Assembly (NCBI GenBank): GCA_002269645.1
Contig: NIVC01003093.1
Location: forward strand, 229-64,228
Length of the DNA: 64,000 nt
Reading direction: 5' to 3'
Source: Macrostomum lignano
Taxonomy: Eukaryota
Shown: positions 13,018 to 23,929 of the stretch, one piece after another
Position numbering within the stretch: the first letter of the stretch is position 1
Layout of the letters: every line of letters begins with the position of its first letter
Notes under the pieces: model-generated
Databases searched by the model: none
Seen by the model: only the letters and a program-made list of their open reading frames with translations
Told to the model about the DNA's origin: nothing
Translations under genes and position numbers: made by a program

Positions 13018-13541
13018 ACAAGCGCATACAAGCAAGAGCATGCAATAAAATGCGGCCGGGATAGCCATATAAATAGTAGTAGGGAACAATGCCAATGCAT
13101 AGGGCAAACAGTGGGGCAAAGAGCGGGGTAGCCAGTAGGTCAACCGGCAGAAAAAGAGCCCACAAGTTAGGTCAATGCAAGAATTCCTGCCGAAATGCAG
13201 GAAAAACAAAAATAAAACACAGGATAGGGCAATGAGGAGAACAGCCATGGGAACAGGGACAGGACCAGGGAAACAACCAATGGGGCAAGCCACAGACAGG
13301 CGATGATGACAAATTTCGTCATAGGAGAAGGGGAAATGTGGAAGGGTTTTTGCAGAAAGTTCATGCCAAAATTAATTGTCACAAACCTTCGTGGTAGACC
13401 ATATTACCACATGTGCGGCAATGTTAGATTGAGGGTAGCAAAGAAAGCTCAACCCCAAGCTTCAGGGGCACCAGACACAGTGGGTAGGCAAGTGGCCTCC
13501 TTGATTAGCTTGGCGGGCATTGCGGGCATACATGCACAACT

Positions 13542-13681
13542 TTGGGATTCACTCGGCCGTTTCTATTGGCAACACACGCATGTAAGTCGCTATTGGACAG
13601 AACAGTAGTCACGTGACTGCTCTCAGCCAATAGCGACTTACATGCGTGTGTTGCCAATAGAAACGGCCGGGTGAATCCCAA
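13542..13681. mobile_element. 140-bp near-perfect palindrome (hairpin MITE-like)
   Basis: Left arm TTGGGATTCACTCGGCCGTTTCTATTGGCAACACACGCATGTAAGTCGCTATTGG is mirrored on the right with 1 mismatch; centre GTCACGTGAC. Confidence 0.85.
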
Positions 13682-15169
13682 GGTTGCGCCCAAGCATGAT
13701 TGCGGGTGCTGTCCAGTAGGGCTAGATTGGGTGGCCAGCCAAGAACCTGGATTTGGCTATTGTTGAAGCAAAGGTGCTCTGCCCATTTCTCAATGGCCTA
13801 GTCCTAGAATTGTCTTAGACAGGGTAGCCAGCCATCTTGCAAATGTCCAGCTTCCTAGTAGGCAATGGTCACCAGGAGTGCCAGTGCAAGTCATGGGCAA
13901 TGGCTGCCTTGCCTGGAAGAATCCTCAGTGCGAACAAGAAGTGCATCTAGTAGGTCCCATGTTGATGAGGGTGGCATCTGGCAGCATAATGAGCGCCACT
14001 GGGTATCAACCTAGAGATGGCCCTTCTGGGAGGCCTGATAAAATGCCTCATCAAGGGCACAATGCAGTCGATAATGTGCCAGTTCTGTGCTGTCAGCTGT
14101 AGCCACATAGGCATATGGGCTTCGGACTCACCCGGCCATAGCCAAGGAGCTCAGGTAGTTGCCCCTATTGGTATGACATTTTCATTGCAGGCAAGGTGGT
14201 TCTTGGCCATGGCGAATGGTGAACTTGGTCAAAAGATGACTTAAACAAATCAAAATTCAACTTTTACAGAGTTACAAACTGGGCTCGTATGAACAATTAA
14301 AAAGAAATAGGAAAAGGTTGACTTATATAGTCTTATAGATGGCCAGCCAATAGACATGGGAGACCAGCTGCTGGAAAAAGAAGGGGGGGAGCCCTCATCC
14401 CTGCACTCTAAAGTGGCACACAGAAGTGGGGTGGGTGAGTTAAACAATGAGCAATAAAACAGATAACTGCCAGGTAGGGGCCCGATTAGAATTTGAAAGG
14501 GGAAGCCTGTAAGGCTCATAATAAACAAGTATTGCGGTAAGAAAGCAGAGCCTCACATAGAATTAGATATTAGAAATAGCAGAAGCATCTTCTCCTTGGT
14601 TAAATTGCAAAATAGAGGCTAATGTAGTGACCAAGTTATCATACAGAGATCTCCATAAAGAGTTATAACAAACGGGGTAGAGTAGAAAGCACTGGGAAAA
14701 TGAGCCAAAAATAGAAGCCCTAACAAATTTCCCTGGCTCAGCATGAGTGGAACAAAGAATGAACAAAAAAGGGGGAGATTCACCTTGGGTGCCCTCTGCT
14801 GAGGACAAGACCTTGAGCTAGGGGTCTCTTGACCTAAGCGGGGCAAAATAGCTAGGCACATAAGCAAATGGTTTGCAAATTAGAAAGATACCTTCAGTCC
14901 CAACCCAAGCTTGACTGGAAGGTTAAAAGTTGGTTAGGGTTTCGCAAGTTAATGAAATGCAATTGAGCAATAGAATAATGTACCGCATGCCAATAATTTA
15001 ATGTTGCATTGGTGCAGGCTTTTACTGTTAAGCCTAAGGCTAAATATCAATTGCAGAGGTGCATGTTGCATAGGATAACTATGAGATCCAAATTGAGCAT
15101 GAGCACAAAATTTTACAGCTGCTTTTCTCCCTCAAGCATAAGGAAACCAAAAATTGAGAATAAATTAAA

Positions 15170-15500
15170 TGTTGCTTTTGTCCTGAAAGCATAAGGAAAC
15201 AGGAAAAAACTGCTTTTGCCCTCAAGCATAAGGTCATATTAAAAGTACATTGAAACACTGCTTTTGTCCTGAAAGCATAAGGAAACAGAGGAATAAATTG
15301 CTTTTGCCCTCAAGCATAAAGTTATATTAAAAGTACATTGAAACACTGCTTTTGCCCTCAAGCATAAGGTCACATTAAAAGTACATTGAAACACTGCTTT
15401 TGTCCTGAAAGCATAAGGAAACAGAGGAATAAACTGCTTTTGCCCTCAAGCATAAGGTCACATTAAAAGTACATCAAACATTGCTTTTGTTCGGAAAGTA
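15170..15500. repeat. Interspersed short tandem blocks (ACTGCTTTTGCCCTCAAGCATAAGG / CTTTTGTCCTGAAAGCATAAGG) in the Gypsy 3' non-coding region
   Basis: Repeated blocks visible directly. Confidence 0.8.
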
Positions 15501-18500
15501 TAAGAAGGAAAGAGAAGGAGTAATATTACCTTCAGCACATTAGTGGGTGCATAGAAGGTTTACAGCAGCAGAATTAAAAATGCATTCACAGAGTTGATTA
15601 CTTATAGTAATGTGCGTCATTAATTTAGCTAATAGACAATTCCACTTCCATGCCGATATCAAGCAGATCTGGGTTGCCCTTGGCGATCACCTCTAGATGG
15701 CGCAAGCTGGGCTTAAACAGCTAGCTGCCTTGCAGGTTGGGCAGAGCTATGGCCGGCTGTTCTGGCATGGGCTGATTGGCTAGATCAACTTTGCTATCTT
15801 TGCTCGACTCATAGGGCAACATCTGTTGCTCAGTCTGGCGCGGCAGCTCCTGTGGTCGGTCAGCCATCATCTGCGGCACCTTGATGTTGCAATGTACCAA
15901 CATCTCGGCTGGGTGTCCTGCCGGGCTGTTGCAGGCAGGCTTAATCCAATACACCACTTCTCCAACTTTCTTGACAACCTTGTATATACTCTTGTATGGC
16001 CGGTGGAGTTTGGGCAGCTCTCCCAACTCAAGCTTTGGGTTGGCCAGGCAGACAAGGTCTCTGGGCTGCAATTCCACAGGCTTCAGTCAATTCTCATAGT
16101 ACTCCTCTCGGTGTTGGATCTCAGTCCTCAGTTGCTGTCGCACGATGTGCTCAGTTTCTGCCAGTCTGCGCTGATACTTGGCAATGTACTCTGGGAGATT
16201 GGCTGATATGTCTAGGCAGTCTAGGATGTTGTCGATAGGGTATCAATAGGGTGCTCTGTAGATGACATAGTGTAGTAAGAACCCAGTAGTATGATTGACA
16301 GCTGATCTTAAGGCAGTCAAAGCAGCTAGCAGCATTTTGTATCATTGCTGATGATCTTCTAGGAGACAAGTGAGCACCTTCTTGATGTTCTTGTTATATG
16401 ACTCAGCTTGTCCATTAGCCCAGGGCAAATATGGCGGCATCATAGTCTGTCAGATGCCATAGACTTCGCAGAAATGTTGGAACTTATGCCTTGTGAACTG
16501 TTTTCTTTGATCAGAGTGGATCCATGCTGGGATTCCTGTGATTGGCAATACTTGTTCCTGCATGAGATTTATTATCATCTTGGCACGCTGATTTTTCATG
16601 ACGCAGGCAAAGGGGTACTTTGATTTAGTGTCGTCGTAGGTCAAGATATATACTTGTTGCCTTGGTCTGTTAGATCTCCAATGGAGCCCAGAATGTCAAT
16701 TGTGCATTGCCCATAGATTTCACAAACTTGGAACGACTGTACATGCACCAGAATTCGTCGCCGTCCTTTGCTCTCAGTGCAGGTTTGGCAGGAAGCAATA
16801 TAGTTAGACACTGCCTTGGCCAGGGCAGGTCGCCAGAATCTTAGACTCCTTAGCAGGATAATTCACACTGTCTCCCTCGCCAACATCGTTAAGATGAATC
16901 ACTAGTAGTCTGCCATCTTGGACCTCAAGCTGCTTGTAAAACGCTAGCAGGCTTCACTCATCTTGCACCATGTTTAATTGCTGATTTAGCAACGGCTTTG
17001 GTTGTCAACTTTCTAGAAGGTTGATCACCATAGTAATGGCAGAGTTAGCACGCTGATGGGTCTGGAGCTCCTTGCGGGTGACTGGCCTCAGTATGTGATC
17101 CATTAGGTTTAAAGTTCAATGTCGATCAATAGAATTGATTGGTGTGGCTTCAGCTGTGGCGGCATGGTTTGGGGTCTAGAGCTCCCTCCGCATGATCATT
17201 ATTTGGACTGGTTGCCATGTAGTTGATGTGCCCAAAGGTCAATCCTCATTGGTGGCTTTGGTGTCACTATTGTCAGATTTAGATTTGTTAGCAGACGTTG
17301 ATGAGTCAGTGGAGCTGTCTACATTGCTGCTAAATCTCACCTTCTTCCTGAACTCCGGGTAGCAAGCGGGTTAGCAGCAGTCATTTCTGGCTGCGCTGTG
17401 GTTGCTGTCCATGTCATCTCCAGCTAGTAGTCAGTGGCTCCTAGATGGGCAACATGTGCTACTGAAGCTAGTAGGCGACCTCTGCGAGTCATTGTAATGG
17501 CTGGCTAATGGCATCAGCTTTGTCACTGGTGGGTGCAGCTCTGTCAGTGGCTTGCTGTCCGCTGTTGGTATTACTGGTAGTGTAGCCTCACTGTTGGACT
17601 CCTTCAGCTTAGTCAGTGGTTTGCGTTGCTTCTGGCAGGTTGATGGCTTCTTGCTCAGTGGTGGGCTAGGGTGGCTGCTGTTGTGGACCTTTGGCGCTGC
17701 TATGCCAGTTATTGCGGCTGGCTGCTTACTTTGGTCCTCATTAGCTGCCTCTCGCTAAGCCTCCTCCATGCATTCAGTGTTGTCCTTAGGCTATCTCGAG
17801 AGACTGTTAGCATTCTGATGCTGGCTTGATTTGCAATGTTGGATCTCAAACTCAAATTCACTTAGCCACTGTAGCCATCGTCTGAAGATGCCTACTTGCT
17901 AAGTTTGTTGGAGAATCCAGGTCAATACTGCATGGTCGGTTCGGCAGACCAGCAGGTAGAAGCAGAAGTGTATCCCATCTATGACTGCCAAAAGTTCTTG
18001 CTTAGTAATCGGAATATTGGGCTTCAGCTGGTTTGAGTTACTGGGAGAAATAGCCAATTGGGCACTCAATCTTGTCAGCTTGGCATTGGCTCAAACAGGC
18101 TCCAATTCTAGTTGCAGAAGTATCCATGTCTAGGACAAATGTTAGGGTCTTCACTGAAGTGAAGTCATAGCTGCTTTGAGCTAGTCAAATGTATCCTGTT
18201 GGGCTTTTCCCCATAGACAGTTGAAGTTGCTGATTTTCTTCTCCTTAATTAAGTTGTGGAGCGGAGCTGCAAGTTCTGCATAGCCAGGTACAAATTTTGC
18301 ATAGTAAGCACACATGCAGACAAAACTTTTAAGTTGTGTAGCTGTTCTTAGTCTTGGCCAGGTCTGAATAGCCTCAATCTTCGCTAGGTCAGTCTTGATG
18401 CCATCCTTAGTAACTAGGTGTCCCAGATAATTTAAGCTTGCCCAAAACAGGTGGCACTTCTTGCCTTTGAACTAGGACTTCCGCCTTTTTACATTGGTTG

Positions 18501-18852
18501 TCTGTGATCTCGTTGAGCTCACAATGCTCCTCGAGAGCTTAGATCCAGACATCAAAGTCCTCATTCGGGGTGTACTGCTGGATCTTGACCCGTTTTTGGT
18601 GTTGGAGCTCAATCTGGCTATTGGGCCGGCTAATACACATGATGATAGTGTTGCGGCTATCCCAGACTAGTCTGCTCTAGACACTGTTGCACCTTTTCGG
18701 TCACTGCATAGATCATCTCATTTTAGGTCAGCCTGGTAGTTGAATTTTTAGGGCCTGTGGTGTTGGTTGTTGCATCCGAAGCCATTGAGTTAGTAGTCGA
18801 AGCCATAATGTAGATTCTGAATGACTTGTCAAATGGGTTTTGGTGTTTTACT

Positions 18853-18872
18853 ATCTCACTTAGCTGACACTA
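18853..18872 (-). promoter_or_regulatory. Degenerate primer-binding site, tRNA-Leu-like
   Basis: Minus strand TAGTGTCAGCTAAGTGAGAT versus the tRNA-Leu-complementary PBS TGGTGTCAGAAGTGGGAT; located 1 nt after the LTR end and about 45 nt before the gag ATG. Confidence 0.6.
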
Positions 18873-18873
18873 G

Positions 18874-19566
18874 TGAGGTGGGGTGGATAAAAGGAATAAG
18901 ATAATAAAATTTCTTTTGAAATCAGTTGGTTGCCAAAACCAATGAGGTGGGGGCGGTTCAACTTTGAATTCCCACCTTTGTTATCTTGGCACTTGTGAAA
19001 GCCAGAAAAATTTTGCTAAATGACTCAAAATGCTTTTCTCCATTGCTACTCCATTTGCCAGGTCCTCAATTCCAGGGGGAGAGTGGTGGTAATCGTAGTC
19101 AAGCGGTCTTAAGCAGGCACGGTTGTTCAGACAGTAGACTCAATAGTCTAGACACCATAATTCTGTTTTCTAAGTTTCTGAACTGATTACTTTCAGTAGA
19201 GTAGCACTGCCACCACCATAATTTTTTATTATAGAACATTGAGATCTCAGAGCTTGTTCAGAGTTGAGATTAATTTGGTTGTTTAATGCCCCAAGGGCAA
19301 ATACCACAAGATAAACTATTAAAGGCTTCAATCAATTAACATAAATAAATAATGAGCAGGTGATACTTAGTTATTTATTATTTGCCAACAGGTATTTTAA
19401 CAACAAAATGAGAGTTAATCTGGCTGTGCCAAGGGTGCTAAATAAGAAAGTTAGTTTACGCAAAGGCTAACACTATTACTTAAGGTCTAAATAAAGAAGA
19501 ATGCAATTACTCGCACTCAAACTTAAAGGAACAAACGTAAACACATGAGGAAAAGAGCAAGAGGAA
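18874..19566 (-). repeat. 5' LTR of the Gypsy element (truncated at its outer end)
   Basis: Homologous to 11720-13017; on the minus strand it ends in CA one base before a PBS-like sequence. Confidence 0.85.
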
Positions 19567-19910
19567 TTGTTAATTTTTCAATACTTTGGCAATTTTTGGC
19601 AATACTATGTCTAGTAGAAAGCTGATACATGCAAAAAATTGTTTATGGGCCTATGCTTTATTATGAGCTTAAAAAACCTAAATAGCTTGAAATTGTAACA
19701 GGGGTTATTGCTCTCACTGAAACTATCCCTCTGTTGACGCCAAAGTTGTAACAGGGCTTTTACCTCCTATACCTCCTACTTTATCAATTTTAATCCCACT
19801 AAATGCCACCAAGTTGTACAGGTATTGTTCCTGTCTGCTTAACTAAAGTTATCCTAATTGCACTTCTGTTTTCACTCCCTAACTGTTTCTTAGAATTTCA
19901 TTTGAATAAA

Positions 19911-20021
19911 CTGGTAGCGTTTTTATGTATTAGTCTGGTAGCGTTTTATGTATTAGTCTGGTAGCGTTTTATGTATTAGTCTGGTAGTGTTTTATGTATT
20001 AGTCTGGTAGCGTTTTATGTA
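19911..20021. repeat. 23-bp tandem repeat CTGGTAGCGTTTTATGTATTAGT, about 5 copies
   Basis: Directly visible. Confidence 0.92.
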
Positions 20022-20697
20022 TGGCCTGAGCGGTATAGTACTGGTACATGAACTTATTAAATTGTCCTTAGTCGGGCGTTCACCAGGATTAGAGGGTCAC
20101 AGCACAACTCTCATAATTTCCTTTGTATATCTCCCAATCCCTTCTCTTAAGTAATTTTCTGAGCACTGTAACTCCCTCTTTCCTTAAAATGACTAACTCA
20201 ATAAGGTTTCAAAGTTTATCTGAGAATATAGAACGAACAAGCTAAGAGCAAGCAGCAAGTTAGCAAGTTTAGCCAGTTGGGTATATTTGCGCAAAAATTG
20301 GCTCGTATATATACTGTCTAGATGGCGATGTTTATAACAAAAATATTTATCGATAATATTTTGCATAGTAAAACAAAACAGTGAGTTTATTTCTAGTTTG
20401 CGCGCAAATTCAACGTGACTATTATGAAACTATTTTTACTTGTATAAATTGCGATAATATAACAGCACTATCATTGGAGATGTTTATTAGGCACGTAGAA
20501 ATACTAAAACTTATAGAAAGTGCAGGCTAGCACAACTTTCCTCCTCCAAAAGAAATTTTTAAATGCAAAAGGAATATTATGAATTTTAAGTGCAAAAATT
20601 TCAACTAAAAGTGCTAAAATTAAAGTAAAACATTAATAAAGAGTACAGCATAAGAAATAAATTGTTTATAGCGCAAATTGTTAGGATCACTCAGTCC

Positions 20698-21000
20698 TTA
20701 AAACTGGCAGGGATGCGGTAGGTCACGGTAGTATGGCCACTTGATTTGGCCGAAAAGCCAATCGATCTTGGCGTTGATCAGCTGGCGGTTTGGTGGTCGA
20801 CGATCACTGCAGAAGTTCTGGTGCAACTGGTCGGCCACATCCTGGAGGACGGCGACTGCTTCCTGATGGGAGTACTGTTCCCGCAGAATTTTACACTTGG
20901 CCAGACCTTGGAGGCCTGCGGCACATACATGTGCAACCTCCAAAATTCGGTCAGCCGTGCGACTTAGTTTTAACAAAAATGCGACGTAGTTTTTGGCCAA
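20698..21000 (-). CDS. Hypothetical protein of about 100 aa; start uncertain (no in-frame ATG)
   Basis: GC3-rich open frame ..LREQYSHQEAVAVLQDVADQLHQNF..KIDWLFGQIKWPYYRDLPHPCQF* embedded in AT-rich DNA; no family recognised. Confidence 0.4.
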   Translation of the reverse strand: MAKNYVAFLLKLSRTADRILEVAHVCAAGLQGLAKCKILREQYSHQEAVAVLQDVADQLHQNFCSDRRPPNRQLINAKIDWLFGQIKWPYYRDLPHPCQF

Positions 21001-21122
21001 AAATGCGACTTACATATAAAAAAACCCGAAAGCAAAATTAACGCAACTTTGGGTAAACGGCAGGAGTAACTATGACTGTTTTATTAAGCTAAAATGCCTC
21101 GTCAGCTACTTAGTACTACTCT

Positions 21123-21795
21123 TCAGGTTATTTTTTGGGTGGGCATTTTTGCGACTTCCTTGATTGGCCGCCAAATCGGTCGGCCGGATCGGCCGACTCG
21201 GCCGACTGTTGCGCATGTATGCTGCGGCAGTCGCTGACGTACGTCCAGACGAAGATAAGCTAGTGTCAGCATGTACTGCCGAAAATTATAGCGCAGCCTC
21301 TCGATGTCGGCGCCGCGGGTTTCGATCAATCCGCGTATTATTCTGCGAAAGTCAGCCACCTCCCTTGGCGGCGATCGTCTCTGCTGTCTTGGCGACGGGC
21401 TCTTCCGTGGTGACGTTCTCGGGCTCGGCAGCGAAGCTCCCTGGCTCCGTGGTGGTGATCGTCTTGGGCTTCGCCGAGGCGATGTTCTTGGTCCCAGCCG
21501 TGACGATATCGGCGCCGCAGTGGCTGCAGACGCAGGCGTGCTCTGTCGCGGCGTCTTCGAACCTCGAGCTGTCGGTGCCTTGGCCGGTGCTTCAATTTGG
21601 ATCGTACGGCTGCTGCTTGGCGGGGTGGCCCTGACTACCATCGATCGTACTGGTGCCGCGGCTTGAGAAGCTAACAAAGCAGCCCGCTTGAGTCTCGGTT
21701 CTTCACTTGTAGTAGCCGGGGGCGATCTCTTGGTTTTGCCTCCAGGCTTACAGGGCTTTGTTGGCACTCGTAGTGGCGCCTCATTCTCCTGTTTT
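21123..21795 (-). CDS. Basic Ser/Pro/Arg-rich protein (SPRR repeats) with a helical C-terminal segment; start uncertain, probably a spliced last exon
   Basis: Open frame of about 220 codons with RTSPRRSPRRSPPRS..SPRTSPRKSPSPRQQRRSPPR. Candidate acceptors at 21795 and 21788. AATAAA lies about 40 nt after the stop (plus-strand TTTATT near 21080). Confidence 0.55.
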
Positions 21796-22816
21796 CTAAG
21801 AATAATACTCAGACTAAATACTCAGACCTATTCTAATAAATATTCTCAGACTTATTCTAAGATTAATAAACTCATAATTTATTAATAGAATAGTCTTTCT
21901 TAGTGGCAGCTACCAAAATTAAGACATTTATAAAGACAGAAGTTAAGCCTTGTAACAACTTGGTGACTTAGTGATAGGATTTACTAGAGAGAACAATAAC
22001 CACTGTTACAACTTGGAGGCAGCGAGTAGGACTAACAAAAGAATAATTAAGAGCCCTGGTACACTAGTTACTAGTTAGGCCTAGAATAACTTAGAATTAG
22101 AATAGAATCTATTTGCTTGACTAGTGACCTTATCTAGCTCTAGGTCTAGCTAGATATATATCACTATATGCCTAGTCTTTATTTTTACTTTTTATATATT
22201 AACTCAATGATAATAACTTTGATAGGCTTTTTGCAATAGATAGATAGTGGTAGACCTATACATGCGCAATTTGGCCCAACCAAGGTAAATTGCAAAAATG
22301 CATACTTAAAAATAGATATAGTAAGTATTAATTAGATGCTGACTAAAGTCAGTTACTCATGCTGTTTACTCAGAATGGAAGTACCTTTGCTTCTCCTGCT
22401 GTCTAGCACAGTGATTTGGGCTCTCCGTCTTCTCACTCGGAAGCCTTCTTAGCTCTCTCAGTAGGTAGTGCTGCCACCAGTTCCTTCAGGTCCTTCAGGT
22501 CAGTTCGTCGGAACGAAATAAACAAGTCAACGAACTCAGCACAGCGTGCAGATTTGCAGATTAATGAACAAGGCGTCCTGATCAGCAGATCCCCGCCGGG
22601 CTCAGGGGTGGCTGGGAAGGCAGTGTTAGCCTCCCTTTGGCTTGGGCGTCTAAGTTTTAGTCAGGCCAATTGGTGATAGCTTAAATGGGCAACTGAACGA
22701 AGTCTGGAAAACTAGACAGGAAGAAGATTCCGAAGACGAATAGTCAGAATCTCAGGAACTCGGCTACAAATACTGATAACTGAAAACTCCTTGACGGAAA
22801 CAAGTTGAGAGGGGTC

Positions 22817-22967
22817 CTATTTATAGCGCGGGATTCACATCTGTCCCATTGCACAAGATCTCGTGACTCGTTCTATTTTTAGAACTGACGTCACTCAAAG
22901 CCTCCGGGCAGAGTCCCAATGCGCTCAAGACCTCGTGACTCGTTCTATTTTCAGAACTGACGTCACT
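22817..22967 (-). promoter_or_regulatory. Pol II promoter-like cluster: TATA box plus two CRE sites in a duplicated 37-bp block
   Basis: TATAAATAG on the minus strand at 22825-22817. TGACGTCA at 22886-93 and 22958-65, inside the direct repeat CTCGTGACTCGTTCTATTTTYAGAACTGACGTCACT spaced 72 bp apart. Confidence 0.6.
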
Positions 22968-23929
22968 TGGGGTCTCCGGGCAGAAGTACACACGGCTGTG
23001 ACTCAGTTGCTATTTTTAGCAACTTGAATCACTCCTCTCCTTAGAGAAGGGAGGGGACCGAAAGCACGTGACTCACTCAGTAAACAGGACCAGCGAGTGC
23101 AGTAAACTTGTTTACTGCACTTTAGGACTCCAAGAACGAGAGACCTGTCATGTGACTGGCTCACATGACAGGGGAAAACGAGACTGACGAAACAGCGACA
23201 GCCCACAGGAGAGAAGCTGAGGGCTGAGAAACGAAGGGGCAAAACGGGCAAAACGAGGGAAGGGAGCAGCAACAGACAGACAAAAGGAGGGAGGCGGGAA
23301 GCTGACCAGCGGCAGACAGCAACCCAGGGCGAGGGCGAAGGCAAGGGCGACTGCTGACAAAGTGCGACGCCTAACACCAACTAGCGGATCACTACAGAAT
23401 TATAATCATTTTTGTTTAGGTTTCTTTCATAAATAGGTAAGTTACTTATATATTACTAAAAGTTATGCCAATGTCTCTTAAGATTGTGACAAAAGCAAAG
23501 CTATTAATAGCTATATAGGAATTCTCCTTTACTAAAGTTAGAGACTTCAGCCTGTCCTTTGAAATTAAAATTTTTATTAAAGATGAAGAAAGTTAGTTTT
23601 TTATCTTTTGCCTTTACATGTATATTTATCTGTAGAATTTTAGTCTATTAACATAATATTAAGACAATTTAAAAAGCAATTCATCTTGTTTAGAGTAATT
23701 TACATAAGCTTCAAATTTATAACACAGTGAATATTTCAATGAATTTCTATATATTAATTTAATGAAATATTTATTAGTAGATTGATATACTTTTGCTTTC
23801 AATATTTTTTAAACAAATAAGTAGTTGTATTTGGAAATTTTTATAATACGAAACGATTTTAACAATATGAAATAAATATAAATTAAGGCACTCCTACTAG
23901 TAGTAGTATGTTTTCACACCACTGATTGC

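Larger units (their letters stand above)
11720..19567 (-). mobile_element. Degenerate, internally deleted Ty3/Gypsy LTR retrotransposon
   Basis: Minus-strand order: LTR (18874-19566), PBS, gag N-terminus from ATG 18806 (QYTPNEDFDVWI*ALEEHCELNEI), then directly the RT thumb (KKCHLFWASLNYLGHLVTKDGIKTD..KIEAIQTWP..SFVCMCAYYAKFVPGYAELAAPL), RNase H (DTSATRIGACLSQ..YFSQ..ELLAV..RTDHAVLTW..RRWLQWLSEFEFEIQH), integrase (CQTC..TIDILG..IPAWIHSDQRKQF..NGQAESYNK), a GPY/F-like tail (LHRPYKSIYKVVKKVGEVVYWI), and the second LTR from 11720. Many stops and frameshifts. Confidence 0.92.
19568..23396 (-). mobile_element. 3.8-kb TGT...ACA-bounded unit (large solo-LTR-like or unclassified element) with promoter and two ORFs
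   Basis: Begins TGT at 19568, exactly where Gypsy LTR homology stops, and ends ACTACA at 23396. GAAT flanks both sides (19564-67, 23397-400). Contains a minus-strand TATA/CRE cluster and ORFs 21123-21795 and 20698-21000. Confidence 0.45.

Noticed and set aside
22868-22885. Heat-shock element-like TTC...GAA in the duplicated enhancer block
   Set aside because: Spacing is one base off the nGAAn pentamer register.
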